Below are positions 46,511 through 57,557 of a stretch of DNA of 64,000 bases, piece after piece. The notes beneath the pieces are model-generated. The model had not been told where the DNA came from, did no database searches, and saw nothing but the letters and a program-made list of their open reading frames with translations. The DNA is from a virus (lineage: Duplodnaviria > Caudoviricetes), in the IMG/VR virus record IMGVR_UViG_3300023301_000008, positions 367 to 64,366 of that record, one strand, 5' to 3'. Both the position numbers and the translations under genes were made by a program. Position 1 is the stretch's first letter; the number at the start of each line of letters is the position of its first letter.

Positions 46511-47146
46511 GTGAGTGAGAGATATGTTGTTGTCCCAGCGCGGGATCACAGTCCTCTCCTGGAGGGTCTTGCAGAGTCTGTGCTAGCGGTGGGGGCTCAG
46601 TTCATTATCATCCACACCAACCCCGACGCACCGGTAAGCAGTCCTACACCGGAGAGCACAGCACACGCGGAAACTCTTGTCCCGAAGATTGACATTCCAG
46701 GAGCCATCAACATTTTTGGTGACGCACAGAACTTCCAACGGTGGGTCAATCTTGGCCTCCGACGCGCCCTTGAATTGGGTGGGGATGACGCTCTCGTATT
46801 GGTCATCAATGATGACGTGATTGTGCCTCCGGAGTCCCTGGACTCGATGTTCTCTTTCCTAGAGAGCGCAGACCTGGTGTACCTGAACACCAGGCCGTTT
46901 GGTGCGCATACTCCTCTGACTGGTTGGCTGTTTGGAATTCGTCCGTCTGTCCTGATGATGGACGAACGATACACATGGTGGTACGGAGACGACCATCTAT
47001 GGAAAGAGGCCACAAGCCGGGGGCTCAGGATACTCATGTTGGATTGTGAGCACGAACACGTACGCGGGGATAAGCCGCCGTGCGAGCCCTCGTTCATCTC
47101 CCTCACGGAACTAGATAACGCACTGTACCGAAAACTTTGGGGATGA
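46511..47146 (+). CDS. GT-A glycosyltransferase-like protein
   Basis: YVVVP, NLGL, VINDDV, WWYGDDHL. Confidence 0.7.
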   Translation: MSERYVVVPARDHSPLLEGLAESVLAVGAQFIIIHTNPDAPVSSPTPESTAHAETLVPKIDIPGAINIFGDAQNFQRWVNLGLRRALELGGDDALVLVINDDVIVPPESLDSMFSFLESADLVYLNTRPFGAHTPLTGWLFGIRPSVLMMDERYTWWYGDDHLWKEATSRGLRILMLDCEHEHVRGDKPPCEPSFISLTELDNALYRKLWG

Positions 47147-47184
47147 CGTTTGATTTCTCACACATTGTTTGGTAGGGTATCATC

Positions 47185-47907
47185 ATGACTCTAATTCTTC
47201 GCGCCGAGTACGGCTCTCGGGCCTACGGCACCTATTCAGTTGACTCCGACCACGACATGGTGGAAGTCATTGTTGAGCCTCGTGAATATGTGACCGGGCT
47301 CTCTACTTGGGACACCAAGCACAACTCCACGGCAGGGGACGGCAACCGTTCGACCCGAGAGGACACCGACACCACGGTTTATGGTCTGCACAAGTTTGCT
47401 GACCTGGCCGTGACCGGCAACCTTTCGGTGCTGGGCGTGTTGTTTCTTCCGGAGTACGAGTCTATATCTGAATCTGGTCAAATGTTAGTGGACAATAGGA
47501 GCATCTGTGTGTCAAAATCTGCTGGCCACAGATTCTTGGGGTATATGGAATCACAACGTAAAGCCATCACCGGGGAGAGAAATAAACGAACAAACAGACC
47601 AGAACTCACGGAGCAATTTGGATGGGACGTGAAGTTCGGAATGCACGCTATTCGTCTGGGATATCTGGGGCTTGAGCTTATGTCTACCGGAAGCATTGAA
47701 CTTCCGATGAGCGGAATGCCTCTCAGAGTCTGCAGAGCAATTCGTGGGGGAGAGGTCACGAAAGATCAGGGACTAGCTCTAATTGAAGACCTTGGCGTAA
47801 AATTGGAATCAGCTATTGATCAATCTACTTTCCCAGAAAGAGGTGATAGAGAGGTGATGTCTAAACTTCTCCACACTATCTACACAAGTGAGTGGGAGTC
47901 AAGATAG
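47185..47907 (+). CDS. Pol-beta-fold nucleotidyltransferase (PF10127/RlaP-like)
   Basis: GSRAYGT...SDHD, KF...GN, GWDVKFGMHAIRL. Confidence 0.85.
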   Translation: MTLILRAEYGSRAYGTYSVDSDHDMVEVIVEPREYVTGLSTWDTKHNSTAGDGNRSTREDTDTTVYGLHKFADLAVTGNLSVLGVLFLPEYESISESGQMLVDNRSICVSKSAGHRFLGYMESQRKAITGERNKRTNRPELTEQFGWDVKFGMHAIRLGYLGLELMSTGSIELPMSGMPLRVCRAIRGGEVTKDQGLALIEDLGVKLESAIDQSTFPERGDREVMSKLLHTIYTSEWESR

Positions 47908-47967
47908 TCAGCCAAGCACTAGGTGCAGCCTATTGACAAACTGCGGTGGCCTCTGTAGACTTGGAAT

Positions 47968-48552
47968 ATGACTCAGCGATTTTTCTCCTCAGATTTTCAT
48001 TTTCGTCACGACAAAGTTGTGGCCCTCCGCGGCTTTGGCCGCGAGGACGGTTCCGTGGATCACGATGCCTACGAGGAGCAGCTGGCGCACAACTGGGATA
48101 GCCGTGTCAAGAAGGACGACATTGTGTGTATCCTAGGAGACATCGCCCTCAACCCTCGGAAGGGTGCATTCGACTGGTTCGATGCTCGTCCGGGTAGAAA
48201 GGTGTTGATTTCTGGTAATCACGACAATATTCATCCTATGCACAGCAAGGCTATGAGGGCTCTTCCCGAGTGGATGGAGCACTTTGAGTCGATCTGGCCG
48301 TTCCTGAGGATCAAGGTGGGAGGGCAGAATCTTCTGCTCTCACATTTCCCGTACACAGGAGAAGGGTCACGAGATATCGAGGACCGGCACATGGAGTACC
48401 GCCTAAGAGATGAGGGTTTGCCGTTGGCTCATGGTCACACACATTCCTCCACGGAAATCGCTCACGGACGGATGCTTCACGTAGGCCTGGACGCGTGGGA
48501 CCTGGAGTTGGTTCACGAGCTGTCTGTTGAAGACTGGCTCAAGACCCTCTAA
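47968..48552 (+). CDS. Calcineurin-like phosphoesterase
   Basis: SDFHF, LGD, GNHD, SHFP, HGHTH. Confidence 0.9.
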   Translation: MTQRFFSSDFHFRHDKVVALRGFGREDGSVDHDAYEEQLAHNWDSRVKKDDIVCILGDIALNPRKGAFDWFDARPGRKVLISGNHDNIHPMHSKAMRALPEWMEHFESIWPFLRIKVGGQNLLLSHFPYTGEGSRDIEDRHMEYRLRDEGLPLAHGHTHSSTEIAHGRMLHVGLDAWDLELVHELSVEDWLKTL

Positions 48553-48800
48553 AATAGTGGTATCCTGAGGGGGATGAACTCAAGTACCGGAGTACCTGTG
48601 TAGGCGCGACCTCGAAAAAACCGAGGCTAGAGCGCTACGAGGATTGGGCGCTTTCATTTCGCCTGGCTTCGGTTGCCTGATCGGATTGGCTGGCGACATA
48701 ACGAACAGCCGTATGGAAGTGTACACCATACGGAGCGCGTCGGCCAATCCGATTCTCATTTACTGTTGACTTATTCCCGGAGTTCTGCTAGTATAGTGGA

Positions 48801-49061
48801 ATGACTACTGCAACTATTTTTATCGGCCTGTATCAGGGTGTGATCGGCGCGGAAGAAGATGCCACTTTGGTGGCCGTCTTCTCATCCAAGAATCAAGCCC
48901 TTCGGCTCCGAAATGAAATCTCCGACTCCCATACGGACCTGAAACGCGCAGCCAACGAGGCTCGCCAAACTTACCGTCAGGAGACCGCTGAGGTTCCAGA
49001 CCTGTACTGGGACTTTCGCCCGGTATCGTTCGACCCCCGAAGCATTGAGGAACTCCTCTAA
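48801..49061 (+). CDS. Hypothetical protein
   Basis: Leaderless ATG after ttgact-N17-tagtat. Confidence 0.55.
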   Translation: MTTATIFIGLYQGVIGAEEDATLVAVFSSKNQALRLRNEISDSHTDLKRAANEARQTYRQETAEVPDLYWDFRPVSFDPRSIEELL

Positions 49062-49873
49062 TGTTGGTAGGTCTCTGGGGGGACATCCACGGTGACTACA
49101 CTTGGGTTCGTCACGCCCTTCCAGTTTTTGCGGCACGTGGCATTACGCGTGTGATTCAGGTCGGTGACTTCGGCATCTACTCGGGCTTCAAAGGGAGCAA
49201 GTTTCTCCGGAAAACGGCCAAGCTGGCAACCGGCCTAGGTATCGATCTGTACGTGGTGCCCGGCAACCACGAAGGCTGGGACATGATCAACGATCTCACA
49301 GACGAGGCCACGGATTTTGTGACCCTCTGGCCGGGTCTTCATATCGCTCCTCGTGTGCACCGCTGGGAGTGGGAGGGCGTTTCGTTCGCCTCACTGTCCG
49401 GCGCTCCGAGTGTGGATAGGTGGTGGAGGACTCAAGCTCAAGCCGTGGACCCTGTAGGGGCTCGTGACTACTGGTTTGAAGCCGAGGCCATCACTCCCGG
49501 TCAGGCTATGCAGATGGCTGAGGGTGGACGAGCGGACGTAATGATCGGTCACGATGCTCCGGAGGGCGTAGCTACGATTGAGCAGGAGATCGGCCACAAC
49601 CCTCACGGGTTCCGTGTCGCTGACATTCTGTATGCGGCTGAAGGCCGCCTCCGCATGGCCGAGGCATTCCGTGGTGTGTCTCCGGACTTGTTCGTTCATG
49701 GTCACTACCACTTCAAGGTGGACGAGGAGATTCGCAGTCCCGGTCGTGACGGCTGGACGCGCATCTTCGGTCTGGAGTGTAACAACCAAGAATTCAATCT
49801 GGGTGTGTTTGACACCGAGACTCGCAAAGCTGAGCACATCAGCATTTTTGAAGGGAATCAACCTAATGGCTAG
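49061..49873 (+). CDS. Calcineurin-like phosphoesterase
   Basis: GDIHG, VGDFG, GNHE, GHDAP, HGHYH. Confidence 0.9.
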   Translation: MLVGLWGDIHGDYTWVRHALPVFAARGITRVIQVGDFGIYSGFKGSKFLRKTAKLATGLGIDLYVVPGNHEGWDMINDLTDEATDFVTLWPGLHIAPRVHRWEWEGVSFASLSGAPSVDRWWRTQAQAVDPVGARDYWFEAEAITPGQAMQMAEGGRADVMIGHDAPEGVATIEQEIGHNPHGFRVADILYAAEGRLRMAEAFRGVSPDLFVHGHYHFKVDEEIRSPGRDGWTRIFGLECNNQEFNLGVFDTETRKAEHISIFEGNQPNG

Positions 49874-50265
49874 AGCAGCAAAACATCCAGGGCTATTGAA
49901 GGTCAAACTGAGCGTCAAGCGTGAGCGTGAGCTGGCGGCACGACGCGACTCATGGGATATGGACTTGGCGGTGGACGAAATTCTGGCCCAAGCCTTTGAC
50001 GACTGGCGAGACGTTACAGGGTCTGTGCAGGGCTGGGCCAGCTATCTGGCTCTCTCCTTGGACGACCTCGCTCATGTGCCCTCCCAGGAAACTCTGGTTC
50101 TTGTGCAGAAAGCGCAAAAAGCCTCAGACGTAGAGGTGGTTCAAGAGTTCTTCGGAAATGTTCCGGAGGATACTGTGCTCGGGCACATCTCCAACGAACT
50201 GGCAGAAAGTATCGAAGACGGCCAACCCGTTCGGGTGGTCGGATAGTGACGAAAGGATTTATATA

Positions 50266-50847
50266 ATGAAGGACAACAAACAAGTGCGAATGTACGTGGA
50301 TGTAGACGGCTGTATCAACGCTAGCCACTCGAAATTGGAGTGGGACGATGCCCCGAGTAGGGGGTCAGCCAGCCCCGAAGGGGAGGGCGGCTTCCAATAC
50401 AACATCACTTGGTCTCAGGCAATGATTGATGATCTCTCTCTTTTGGACGTGGAGATCGTGTGGCTGACCACGTGGTGTGAAGCTGCACCTGTGGAGATCG
50501 GTGGACTCACCGGTTTCGGCAGGAACGCCAGAGTATTGCGCCCTTTAGGAGGTGGTAATATTTCATTCCCCTCTATCGGATGGAAAGTGCTCTCACTAAT
50601 TGATGATCAGCAGAATGACCCGTCTCCGTATATCTGGATCGATGACGAGCTAAGCGATCAGATGTCTGTGATCGTCGATGAAGTCGGTCTGAAGTATGCA
50701 GGACTCTATATCAGACCTATTTACATCATGGGTATCAGCAAACACCAAGTGGGCGAGATGGATAAATTCATCCAGTCCAGTTCTTCCCACGTCCCGGACG
50801 GGCCAGCAACCCTCGATCCCGGGCCCGGTCCAGTCGATCCTGGATAG
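50266..50847 (+). CDS. HAD-family phosphatase (Swiss-Army-knife RNA-repair-like HAD)
   Basis: YVDVDGCIN, WLTTW, WK, WIDDE. Confidence 0.8.
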   Translation: MKDNKQVRMYVDVDGCINASHSKLEWDDAPSRGSASPEGEGGFQYNITWSQAMIDDLSLLDVEIVWLTTWCEAAPVEIGGLTGFGRNARVLRPLGGGNISFPSIGWKVLSLIDDQQNDPSPYIWIDDELSDQMSVIVDEVGLKYAGLYIRPIYIMGISKHQVGEMDKFIQSSSSHVPDGPATLDPGPGPVDPG

Positions 50848-51328
50848 TACGAACGCTGTCCATCCCCAGGACCTCAGCAATTAGCTTTGCGGGTGCTGGG
50901 GTTTGGAACGTCTCCAGGAACTCATACATAAGAGCGGTATTGGTGACGACCTCGCCCTCGGGGTCCAGGAGTCCGATAAACGCTTCCAGGTGGTGGGCGA
51001 TGTGCTTGGTGCGGTCGCCGGAAGATACGGCAGGGGCCACTCCACCGGAAGCCTGTTCGATCAATTCCAGCACGTCAGTAGAGATATGACTGACTCTACG
51101 CAGCGCCACCTCTCTGGAGCCACCGAATACGGGGATCACGAGGAAGCCTGCCGCCTGTGCTGTCTCAGTGTTAAGTCTGGAGACCCACCACTCTGAGGTC
51201 CACCCCGTGTTAGACTGGTTGAGTTCAACGGTAGCTAGCATTTCACCTAGAGAAAACTCCAGTATTTCATTGGTATCTACGGGTGTACTGTAGGACGCAG
51301 GATAGTTACGGACTCGTGGATTCTTCAT
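50768..51328 (-). CDS. Hypothetical protein with C-terminal HTH-like segment
   Basis: KLIAEVLGMDSVRTIQDRLDRARDRGLL. Confidence 0.55.
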   Translation of the reverse strand: MKNPRVRNYPASYSTPVDTNEILEFSLGEMLATVELNQSNTGWTSEWWVSRLNTETAQAAGFLVIPVFGGSREVALRRVSHISTDVLELIEQASGGVAPAVSSGDRTKHIAHHLEAFIGLLDPEGEVVTNTALMYEFLETFQTPAPAKLIAEVLGMDSVRTIQDRLDRARDRGLLARPGRGKNWTG

Positions 51329-51579
51329 GATCTAATTCTACCCCATTATTTTACTCTGATCCGCATGTTGTAGAAAGGTTCCAGACATGAAAATGTCCCC
51401 CGAAGTGGTCACAATTTCTCTGACTGAAGAGGAATCAGCCTTATTACTGGACTGGGCGGTGGAAATCCTGGGTCGAAAGCGGACAAAACCGGGTTCTGTG
51501 GACCACAGCCTGCATCAAAAAGTGTGGGACGCTTGGTCTGATGCTGCAAAAGGGAGAGAGATCGAGTAGACTGTGCTCT

Positions 51580-52143
51580 ATGACGAAATTACGTATACTC
51601 TCGGACCTCGATGGTTGTATTGCTGACTGGGGCCACGAGTGGGACCGCCATGCGGTGCTCTATCCGGGACTGAACCTGCCTACGACCGAGAAGCAGACCT
51701 CTTTTGATCTGACACTGGGTCTTAGCTCTGATGGGCGTGAGGCAGTGAAGTACATCATGGAGTACCCCGGGTTCTATGCAGCCTTGCGGCCTATTTATGG
51801 GGCTATCGAAGCCCTACACGAAATGGATGAGGCGGGGTACGATGTTCGTATTGTGACCTCTCCGTGGATTACGAATCCCACATGCGCTAGCGACAAGATC
51901 AATTGGGTTGAGCGTTTCGTGGGGGCCGGGTGGGGCAAGCGCGTGATCATTGCCTCAGACAAAACGCTGATCAGAGGGGATATTTTAATTGATGACAAGC
52001 CAGAGGTCACTGGAGCAGATGTTCCAGAATGGGAGCAGTTATTTTTCAGTCAGCCCTACAACATCAACTTAACTGGTAAGCGCAGAATAACCAATTGGAG
52101 CGATTGGCGTTCCATTATAGAAGAAGTGGAAGTATTCGCATGA
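51580..52143 (+). CDS. 5'(3')-deoxyribonucleotidase (HAD, NT5C)
   Basis: DLDGCIAD, IVTSP, DKTLIRGDILIDDKP. Confidence 0.9.
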   Translation: MTKLRILSDLDGCIADWGHEWDRHAVLYPGLNLPTTEKQTSFDLTLGLSSDGREAVKYIMEYPGFYAALRPIYGAIEALHEMDEAGYDVRIVTSPWITNPTCASDKINWVERFVGAGWGKRVIIASDKTLIRGDILIDDKPEVTGADVPEWEQLFFSQPYNINLTGKRRITNWSDWRSIIEEVEVFA

Positions 52144-52793
52144 GTGGACTACAAGCAGGGAGCACACTAGAGATGAGGGCTCCACGTACATCACGTACCC
52201 GACTGGTTGGTATCGGAGGCCTACTACAGGCCGGTAAGGATGCCGTGGCCGACTACCTTGTTAAGGAGCACGGCTGGGTGAAGATGGGCATGAGCGACCC
52301 GCTGGACCAGGCTCTACGGGCTATGAACCCATACATCCAGGTTCTCTCCGGAGAGCCCATGAACAAGAACAAAGGCCCGAAATACTTGCCCTACCAGGAC
52401 ATCAGAGACAAGCTCTCCTACGTGGAGGCCAAGAACATCACTGACGTGCGCCGGAATCTTCAGACGCTCGGTACTGAGGTGGGCCGAAACCTAATCGGGG
52501 AGGACATCTGGGCCCATGTCGCACGAGACAACATCAACGACCAGATGATTGACGGTAAGAGCGTAATCCTGACGGGCGTGCGCTACCCGAACGAGCTATA
52601 CCTGATAAACCAGTTCGTGGATGCCGGTCAGACGTGGTTCGTTACGCGCCCCTCCAAGCGAACGGCAGCGCAACCCGACCAGCACTCTTCCGAAACCTCG
52701 GTAAGCGCTGAGGACTTCTCAGTGGTCATCGACAACAGCGGCACTCTGGACGACCTGTACAAGTCCGTTGACGAGATTCTGTTTGGCTCCTAA
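52140..52793 (+). CDS. Deoxynucleoside monophosphate kinase
   Basis: GIGGLLQAGKD, VRRNLQTLGTEVGR, VRYPNE, HSSE, IDNSGTL. Confidence 0.88.
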   Translation: MSGLQAGSTLEMRAPRTSRTRLVGIGGLLQAGKDAVADYLVKEHGWVKMGMSDPLDQALRAMNPYIQVLSGEPMNKNKGPKYLPYQDIRDKLSYVEAKNITDVRRNLQTLGTEVGRNLIGEDIWAHVARDNINDQMIDGKSVILTGVRYPNELYLINQFVDAGQTWFVTRPSKRTAAQPDQHSSETSVSAEDFSVVIDNSGTLDDLYKSVDEILFGS

Positions 52794-52919
52794 TGGCTGT
52801 CGGAATTCAGGTGTACGCACAAGTTCCCCAGTGTATTAGTCCGGGGACGCACAACTTTGAGCTGTCTCCTGGGATCATGCTCGCGGTGTGTACACGCTGC
52901 GGGCTGATCCGTAGGCAGG

Positions 52920-53219
52920 ATGGCAGGTATGCCTGATTTTCCAGTTGACGAGAGTACGCTCAACAATGTAAAGCACGCGCTCGGCGCACGCCTAGATGAC
53001 CAGGGAGATGGGTACCCTATCGTTGTGGGGGCCGATTTCACGCTGCACCAGCTCCTGGACTTCTACTCGGGCTATATGCCGGAAACCAACCGACCGCTCG
53101 GAATGATAGAGACACCCTTCGGGCGCATGGAAGCGGAAGAGGTAGAGGCCGAACTATACACGGTGCATGACTTGATTGAGGCCCTCATTGCTGAAGTCGA
53201 AAGACTGCGTGGAAAATAG
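52920..53219 (+). CDS. Hypothetical protein
   Basis: ORF ending LIAEVERLR. Confidence 0.55.
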   Translation: MAGMPDFPVDESTLNNVKHALGARLDDQGDGYPIVVGADFTLHQLLDFYSGYMPETNRPLGMIETPFGRMEAEEVEAELYTVHDLIEALIAEVERLRGK

Positions 53220-53267
53220 TTATATAATGGGCTTGACACTGCTGGTTTCGGCCTGTAGAGTATAACT

Positions 53268-55520
53268 ATGAAACTTCCTACTAACACAGTCGCCGCTTTC
53301 GGGAACATCGCCTACGTTAAGAACGTTCCAATGCAGATTGATCCGGGCGCTTCCGGTATCATCCTCGACTCGCTGATCCGGATTTACACGTCCCCCTATA
53401 TTGCGGCTCTGCGTGAATACCTGAGCAACGCCATGGACTCCCACAAAGAGTGCGGCCAGACGCGACCTATTGAGGTCTCGCTGCCGTCCGCTCTCTCTCC
53501 GATGCTGATCATCGAAGACTTCGGTACCGGGATGGACTCGTACACTCTCGGCCAGTACGGCCAGTTCGGCTGGTCCACCAAGCGCGACTCGAACGATGAC
53601 ATTGGTGGCTTCGGTCTCGGCTCCAAAGTAGGGTTGGCTCTGACAGCGCAGTATACGGTACAAGCTGTTAAGGACGGTAAGCTCTCCCTTGCAGTCATTG
53701 GCCGGGGCTCTAACGGCAACCCGGAGATGAACTTCGTCACTGTGGACGAGGACACAGACCTCCCCAACGGAGTCAAAATTATCATCCCAACCTCGGAGCA
53801 CCGCCAGTTCTCCATCGACAAGGATCGATTCCTCATGGGCTTCCCAGCTGGTTCTGTCCTGCTGGACGGCCACCCCAACACGGTTTCAGTCCACGACACT
53901 GACTACTTCACACCCATCGAGGGTGTGGGCTGGCGCTCAGACCGCACAAACTCCGCTGCCATTGGTGGCATCGCCCTGGTTCACGGCGTGGTCTACGACA
54001 TTGAGTTCAGCAATCTTTCGGACGACTTCGACTACTCATTGCGCCGTGGGCTCTTCCAGGAGGTTGTGCTGGACCTTGAGAATGGTGAAGTTGATATCTC
54101 CCGTTCACGAGAAACCCTGGTTTACTCCAAGCGCACTCGTGAACTTCTTTCCAGTAAGTTGACTGCTATGGTAGATTTCCTGTCCATCAAATACGGCGAA
54201 GAGGTGGACGCGGCAGAGACCGCTCGTGAGGCCCTTCAGTTGACGGCGAAGGCTGCGGAAATTGGTCTGAACACTCACGAGTACACATGGAACGGCTCAC
54301 CATTGGTTCGTCCGACTGCCATGAACTACCACGACTCTATGACCACCCCGGAGGTTACAAAGATGGATCGCATCTGGTCCAGCGCTCGGACGACGAACAC
54401 ACGTTTGTCTCGTGAGTACACGCACTACGGGTACTTGCTTTCGGGTTCGGGGTTCTCCTACATCTTCTCCAAGTCTCACACGACTCTGGTGCACAGTGCC
54501 CAAGAGCCCGTCCACCAGGCGAATGGAATTACTGTCCACGCGCCGGAGGCCAATGCTCTGCGTGTCTTCGCGGAACTCAAGCACGGTGACACCGCAATCG
54601 GTATGCAGTATTACATCACTTCAATGAAGTTGAAAAACCTCCCTGTGGAGTTTACTCAGGCCTTCTCTGAGGTTATATCGGCCACAGACATGCTGGCTGA
54701 GGTCACCGCTGAGCGTGAGGCTCGCCGTCTAGCAGCAGCCGCTCTGCGTAGGGCAAACGCGGCTCTAGCCCCTAAGGCACCTAAGGTTGCAGAACTTGAG
54801 GTTCGTCGGATCATCCTGACCGGCAACGCCAACGGCTACTCCAGTTCCTACAGAGAGTACGTGACATTCGCTGACAACTTGGAGCCGGATGACACTCACG
54901 TACTGATCCAGCGCGGGATCGGTGGGCCCACTGAGGCCATGCTTGATTTGTTCTCCACCAAGGGTGGGGCCTACCAGAATTCCGAACTGTATCGGACGTT
55001 GCTTCACTTGCAGAAAGAGCATAAGGTGGTCTTTTTGATTCTGAACGCGGGACGTAGCACCAAGCCCTACACATCCCAGGTGCCTAACCTTGTACTCGCC
55101 GGTGAGCTGTTCACACAGATCATCGAGCCGTTGGTTGAGGGCCTCCAGGCTAGCGTAACCAACGCGGCACGACAGGCCATGCAGGACTCGGCTCTACCTA
55201 TGACCGGGTGGGTGAGTATGATCAGTGATACGGCGTGGCTGCAGATCACTAACGAAGATGTTCGCAACTGGGGTGCTTCAGTCCGGACCCACCGAACCGG
55301 GGGCTCTGGTATTATAGAGGTACGGGACAGCCTGCGGGTCCTTGAGGGGTGCAGGAGCGCATTCGTATCACTAGATGTAGACCTGTTCTCACTGGCTCCA
55401 ATTGCCGGAGACACCACGGCTGAAGATGTCCTTCACAAGCTTCCGCTACTCAAGAACGCACAAGATAGCGCGACCACGGATGATGTGGTTGAGTACATCA
55501 ACTTCAAAATCGCAAAGTAG
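53268..55520 (+). CDS. rIIA: rIIA-like protein (GHKL ATPase N-terminus)
   Basis: REYLSNAMD, EDFGTGM, STKRDSN..GGFGLGSK, SRETL. Confidence 0.85.
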   Translation: MKLPTNTVAAFGNIAYVKNVPMQIDPGASGIILDSLIRIYTSPYIAALREYLSNAMDSHKECGQTRPIEVSLPSALSPMLIIEDFGTGMDSYTLGQYGQFGWSTKRDSNDDIGGFGLGSKVGLALTAQYTVQAVKDGKLSLAVIGRGSNGNPEMNFVTVDEDTDLPNGVKIIIPTSEHRQFSIDKDRFLMGFPAGSVLLDGHPNTVSVHDTDYFTPIEGVGWRSDRTNSAAIGGIALVHGVVYDIEFSNLSDDFDYSLRRGLFQEVVLDLENGEVDISRSRETLVYSKRTRELLSSKLTAMVDFLSIKYGEEVDAAETAREALQLTAKAAEIGLNTHEYTWNGSPLVRPTAMNYHDSMTTPEVTKMDRIWSSARTTNTRLSREYTHYGYLLSGSGFSYIFSKSHTTLVHSAQEPVHQANGITVHAPEANALRVFAELKHGDTAIGMQYYITSMKLKNLPVEFTQAFSEVISATDMLAEVTAEREARRLAAAALRRANAALAPKAPKVAELEVRRIILTGNANGYSSSYREYVTFADNLEPDDTHVLIQRGIGGPTEAMLDLFSTKGGAYQNSELYRTLLHLQKEHKVVFLILNAGRSTKPYTSQVPNLVLAGELFTQIIEPLVEGLQASVTNAARQAMQDSALPMTGWVSMISDTAWLQITNEDVRNWGASVRTHRTGGSGIIEVRDSLRVLEGCRSAFVSLDVDLFSLAPIAGDTTAEDVLHKLPLLKNAQDSATTDDVVEYINFKIAK

Positions 55521-55616
55521 TCTGACGGTAGGGTTGACAGAGTTGGCCCTACCTGCTAGACTCATATAAGAACCTAAGACATATATACCAACTACAAACG
55601 AAAGGAAGTACCTGCA

Positions 55617-56750
55617 ATGTCCGTATTTTTCAGTAAGCAGACGAGCGAGGAGTTTGACGGAGCCATCGTACTTATCGATGGAGCCCCGGTGGCCATCGAC
55701 TCGTCCCACGCGAACTATGAGGATGTCATTGATCTCCTCATGAGCGGCCTTGATATCTTGGAAGAAGAAATTCGAGACATGATCCGACCGTTCGATAACG
55801 CTGCAGCAGAGATGATTCGTCTCTCTGAGCGTGTCACTGCGGGGGGCAACGTCCTCTACTTTGATGGCGACCCCATTGATGGATCGCTGTCCTCGCATAT
55901 CATCCGTATCCTCCAGGAAGAGGGGACGGCCAAAGAGGGCGGCTTCAGGAACTTCGTGGCCTTCCTTGAAAAATTGATGCAGAACCCATCTGAGGTCAGC
56001 CGTCAACACCTGTACGACTTCGTTACCCACCACGGAATCACGATCACGCCTGAGGGAGACCTCGCGCTGTACAAGAGCACTTGGGATGATGGCACCCCCA
56101 CCTACGCGGGGTACGGTATTGTTACCACACCGGACGGTGTGATTACCAAGTACGAGAATGGTCTTCTACCAAACGCTGTGGGAAACATCATCGAGATTCC
56201 ACGCTCAATGGTGGACGAGAACCGCAACTCTGCGTGCTCTACTGGCCTCCACGTGGGAGCGTTTAGTTTCGCCAGAGGCTACTCCAGGAAGCTTTGGGAC
56301 GTTGTCGTAAACCCGCGTGACGTTGTGGCCGTACCTCACGATGCGTCATCCGCGAAGATTCGCGTGTGCCGATACGAGGTTGTTAGTGTCAACGAGGAGA
56401 AGAAGGAATTCGAGGGTCCTTCGATCCTTATCAACATCGTTGTGGAGGACGAGTACGAGGATGAAGAGCACAGCGACGAGTGTGAAGAGGGCTGCGAGGA
56501 GTGTGACGACTTCTGGCTAGATGAAGAGGACGAAGACAACATCGTCTCGCGCCCCGCTTCTCTTGAGGACCAGCTTCCGGCCCTTGTGGTCGTCAGCAAC
56601 TCACGCGTTCCGGAGTATGAGGACCTGATTAAGGGTCTCATGAGAGCTGACCCTACTGTGTCTCTGAATCGCTACAAGTCCAAGAGAATTACAGCTGGAA
56701 GGCGAGATCAGTTTGCACAGGCAGCGCACAATCTAGGGTACAAACTTTAG
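55617..56750 (+). CDS. rIIB: rIIB-like protein
   Basis: NPSEVSRQHLYDF, ITPEG..LYK, CSTGLHVG, VNPRDVVAVP.D..KIRVCRY. Confidence 0.88.
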   Translation: MSVFFSKQTSEEFDGAIVLIDGAPVAIDSSHANYEDVIDLLMSGLDILEEEIRDMIRPFDNAAAEMIRLSERVTAGGNVLYFDGDPIDGSLSSHIIRILQEEGTAKEGGFRNFVAFLEKLMQNPSEVSRQHLYDFVTHHGITITPEGDLALYKSTWDDGTPTYAGYGIVTTPDGVITKYENGLLPNAVGNIIEIPRSMVDENRNSACSTGLHVGAFSFARGYSRKLWDVVVNPRDVVAVPHDASSAKIRVCRYEVVSVNEEKKEFEGPSILINIVVEDEYEDEEHSDECEEGCEECDDFWLDEEDEDNIVSRPASLEDQLPALVVVSNSRVPEYEDLIKGLMRADPTVSLNRYKSKRITAGRRDQFAQAAHNLGYKL

Positions 56751-57557
56751 GATCGGCCCTTACGAAGACTACATAGGCCGTGGGAGGGACGCACATTCTA
56801 AAGAGTGTGTGTTCCTCCCTTTATTAGTTGACCCTTTACTTTTGTATAGGGCGGGTGTAGACTTGAGACATGGAAGACATTGGACAAGAGCCCGACGAAA
56901 GTCAAGAGATGATGAAGGGTGTTTGCCGAAAATCGGAGGCGTTCGACCCTGACTACGTGATTGATAGTCCTGCAGACGTTCAGTACCTGGAGGTGGACCG
57001 GATGTTTGTTAAGCATATCTACGGCAATGCAGAGATAGACGGAACGATGCACGAGTTTAAATTCAAGATGGGGCAGAAGCTCTACATGACGTGCGGACAA
57101 GATATGAGCCGCCTCCCTGACCCGTTGCAAAAAGAGTCTAACCCTATCTGGGCCCCTCCTATAGATACTTCTGACGAAACCGTGTAGACTATCCCCATGA
57201 CTACTACAGATGAGACAAAGACAAACGAAGACCTCCCTAAGGACTCTCTCGTAAAGGGGGTGCGCGACTGGTTCGGATGGAGAGTTATTCTCTTCGGCAT
57301 GTTCATCACCTCGAAAGACTTCCAGAGCACAGTGAAGGAAATGCTCGCTCTGGGTATGGCCTCCAAAATCAAGAGCATCATGGGAGAGACATCTTTTGAC
57401 GACCTCCTGGATGCGATCAAGGACATAGAGGATGTTGACCAGACTGAAGAGTCCTGATAACCTATCTTTCAGTTGGGCCGGTCACAGTCCCGGGGTGCTT
57501 ATACACTCGCGGGACTTTCTATTGACTTTCATTCTGCCGTGTTGTAGACTATTGAGT

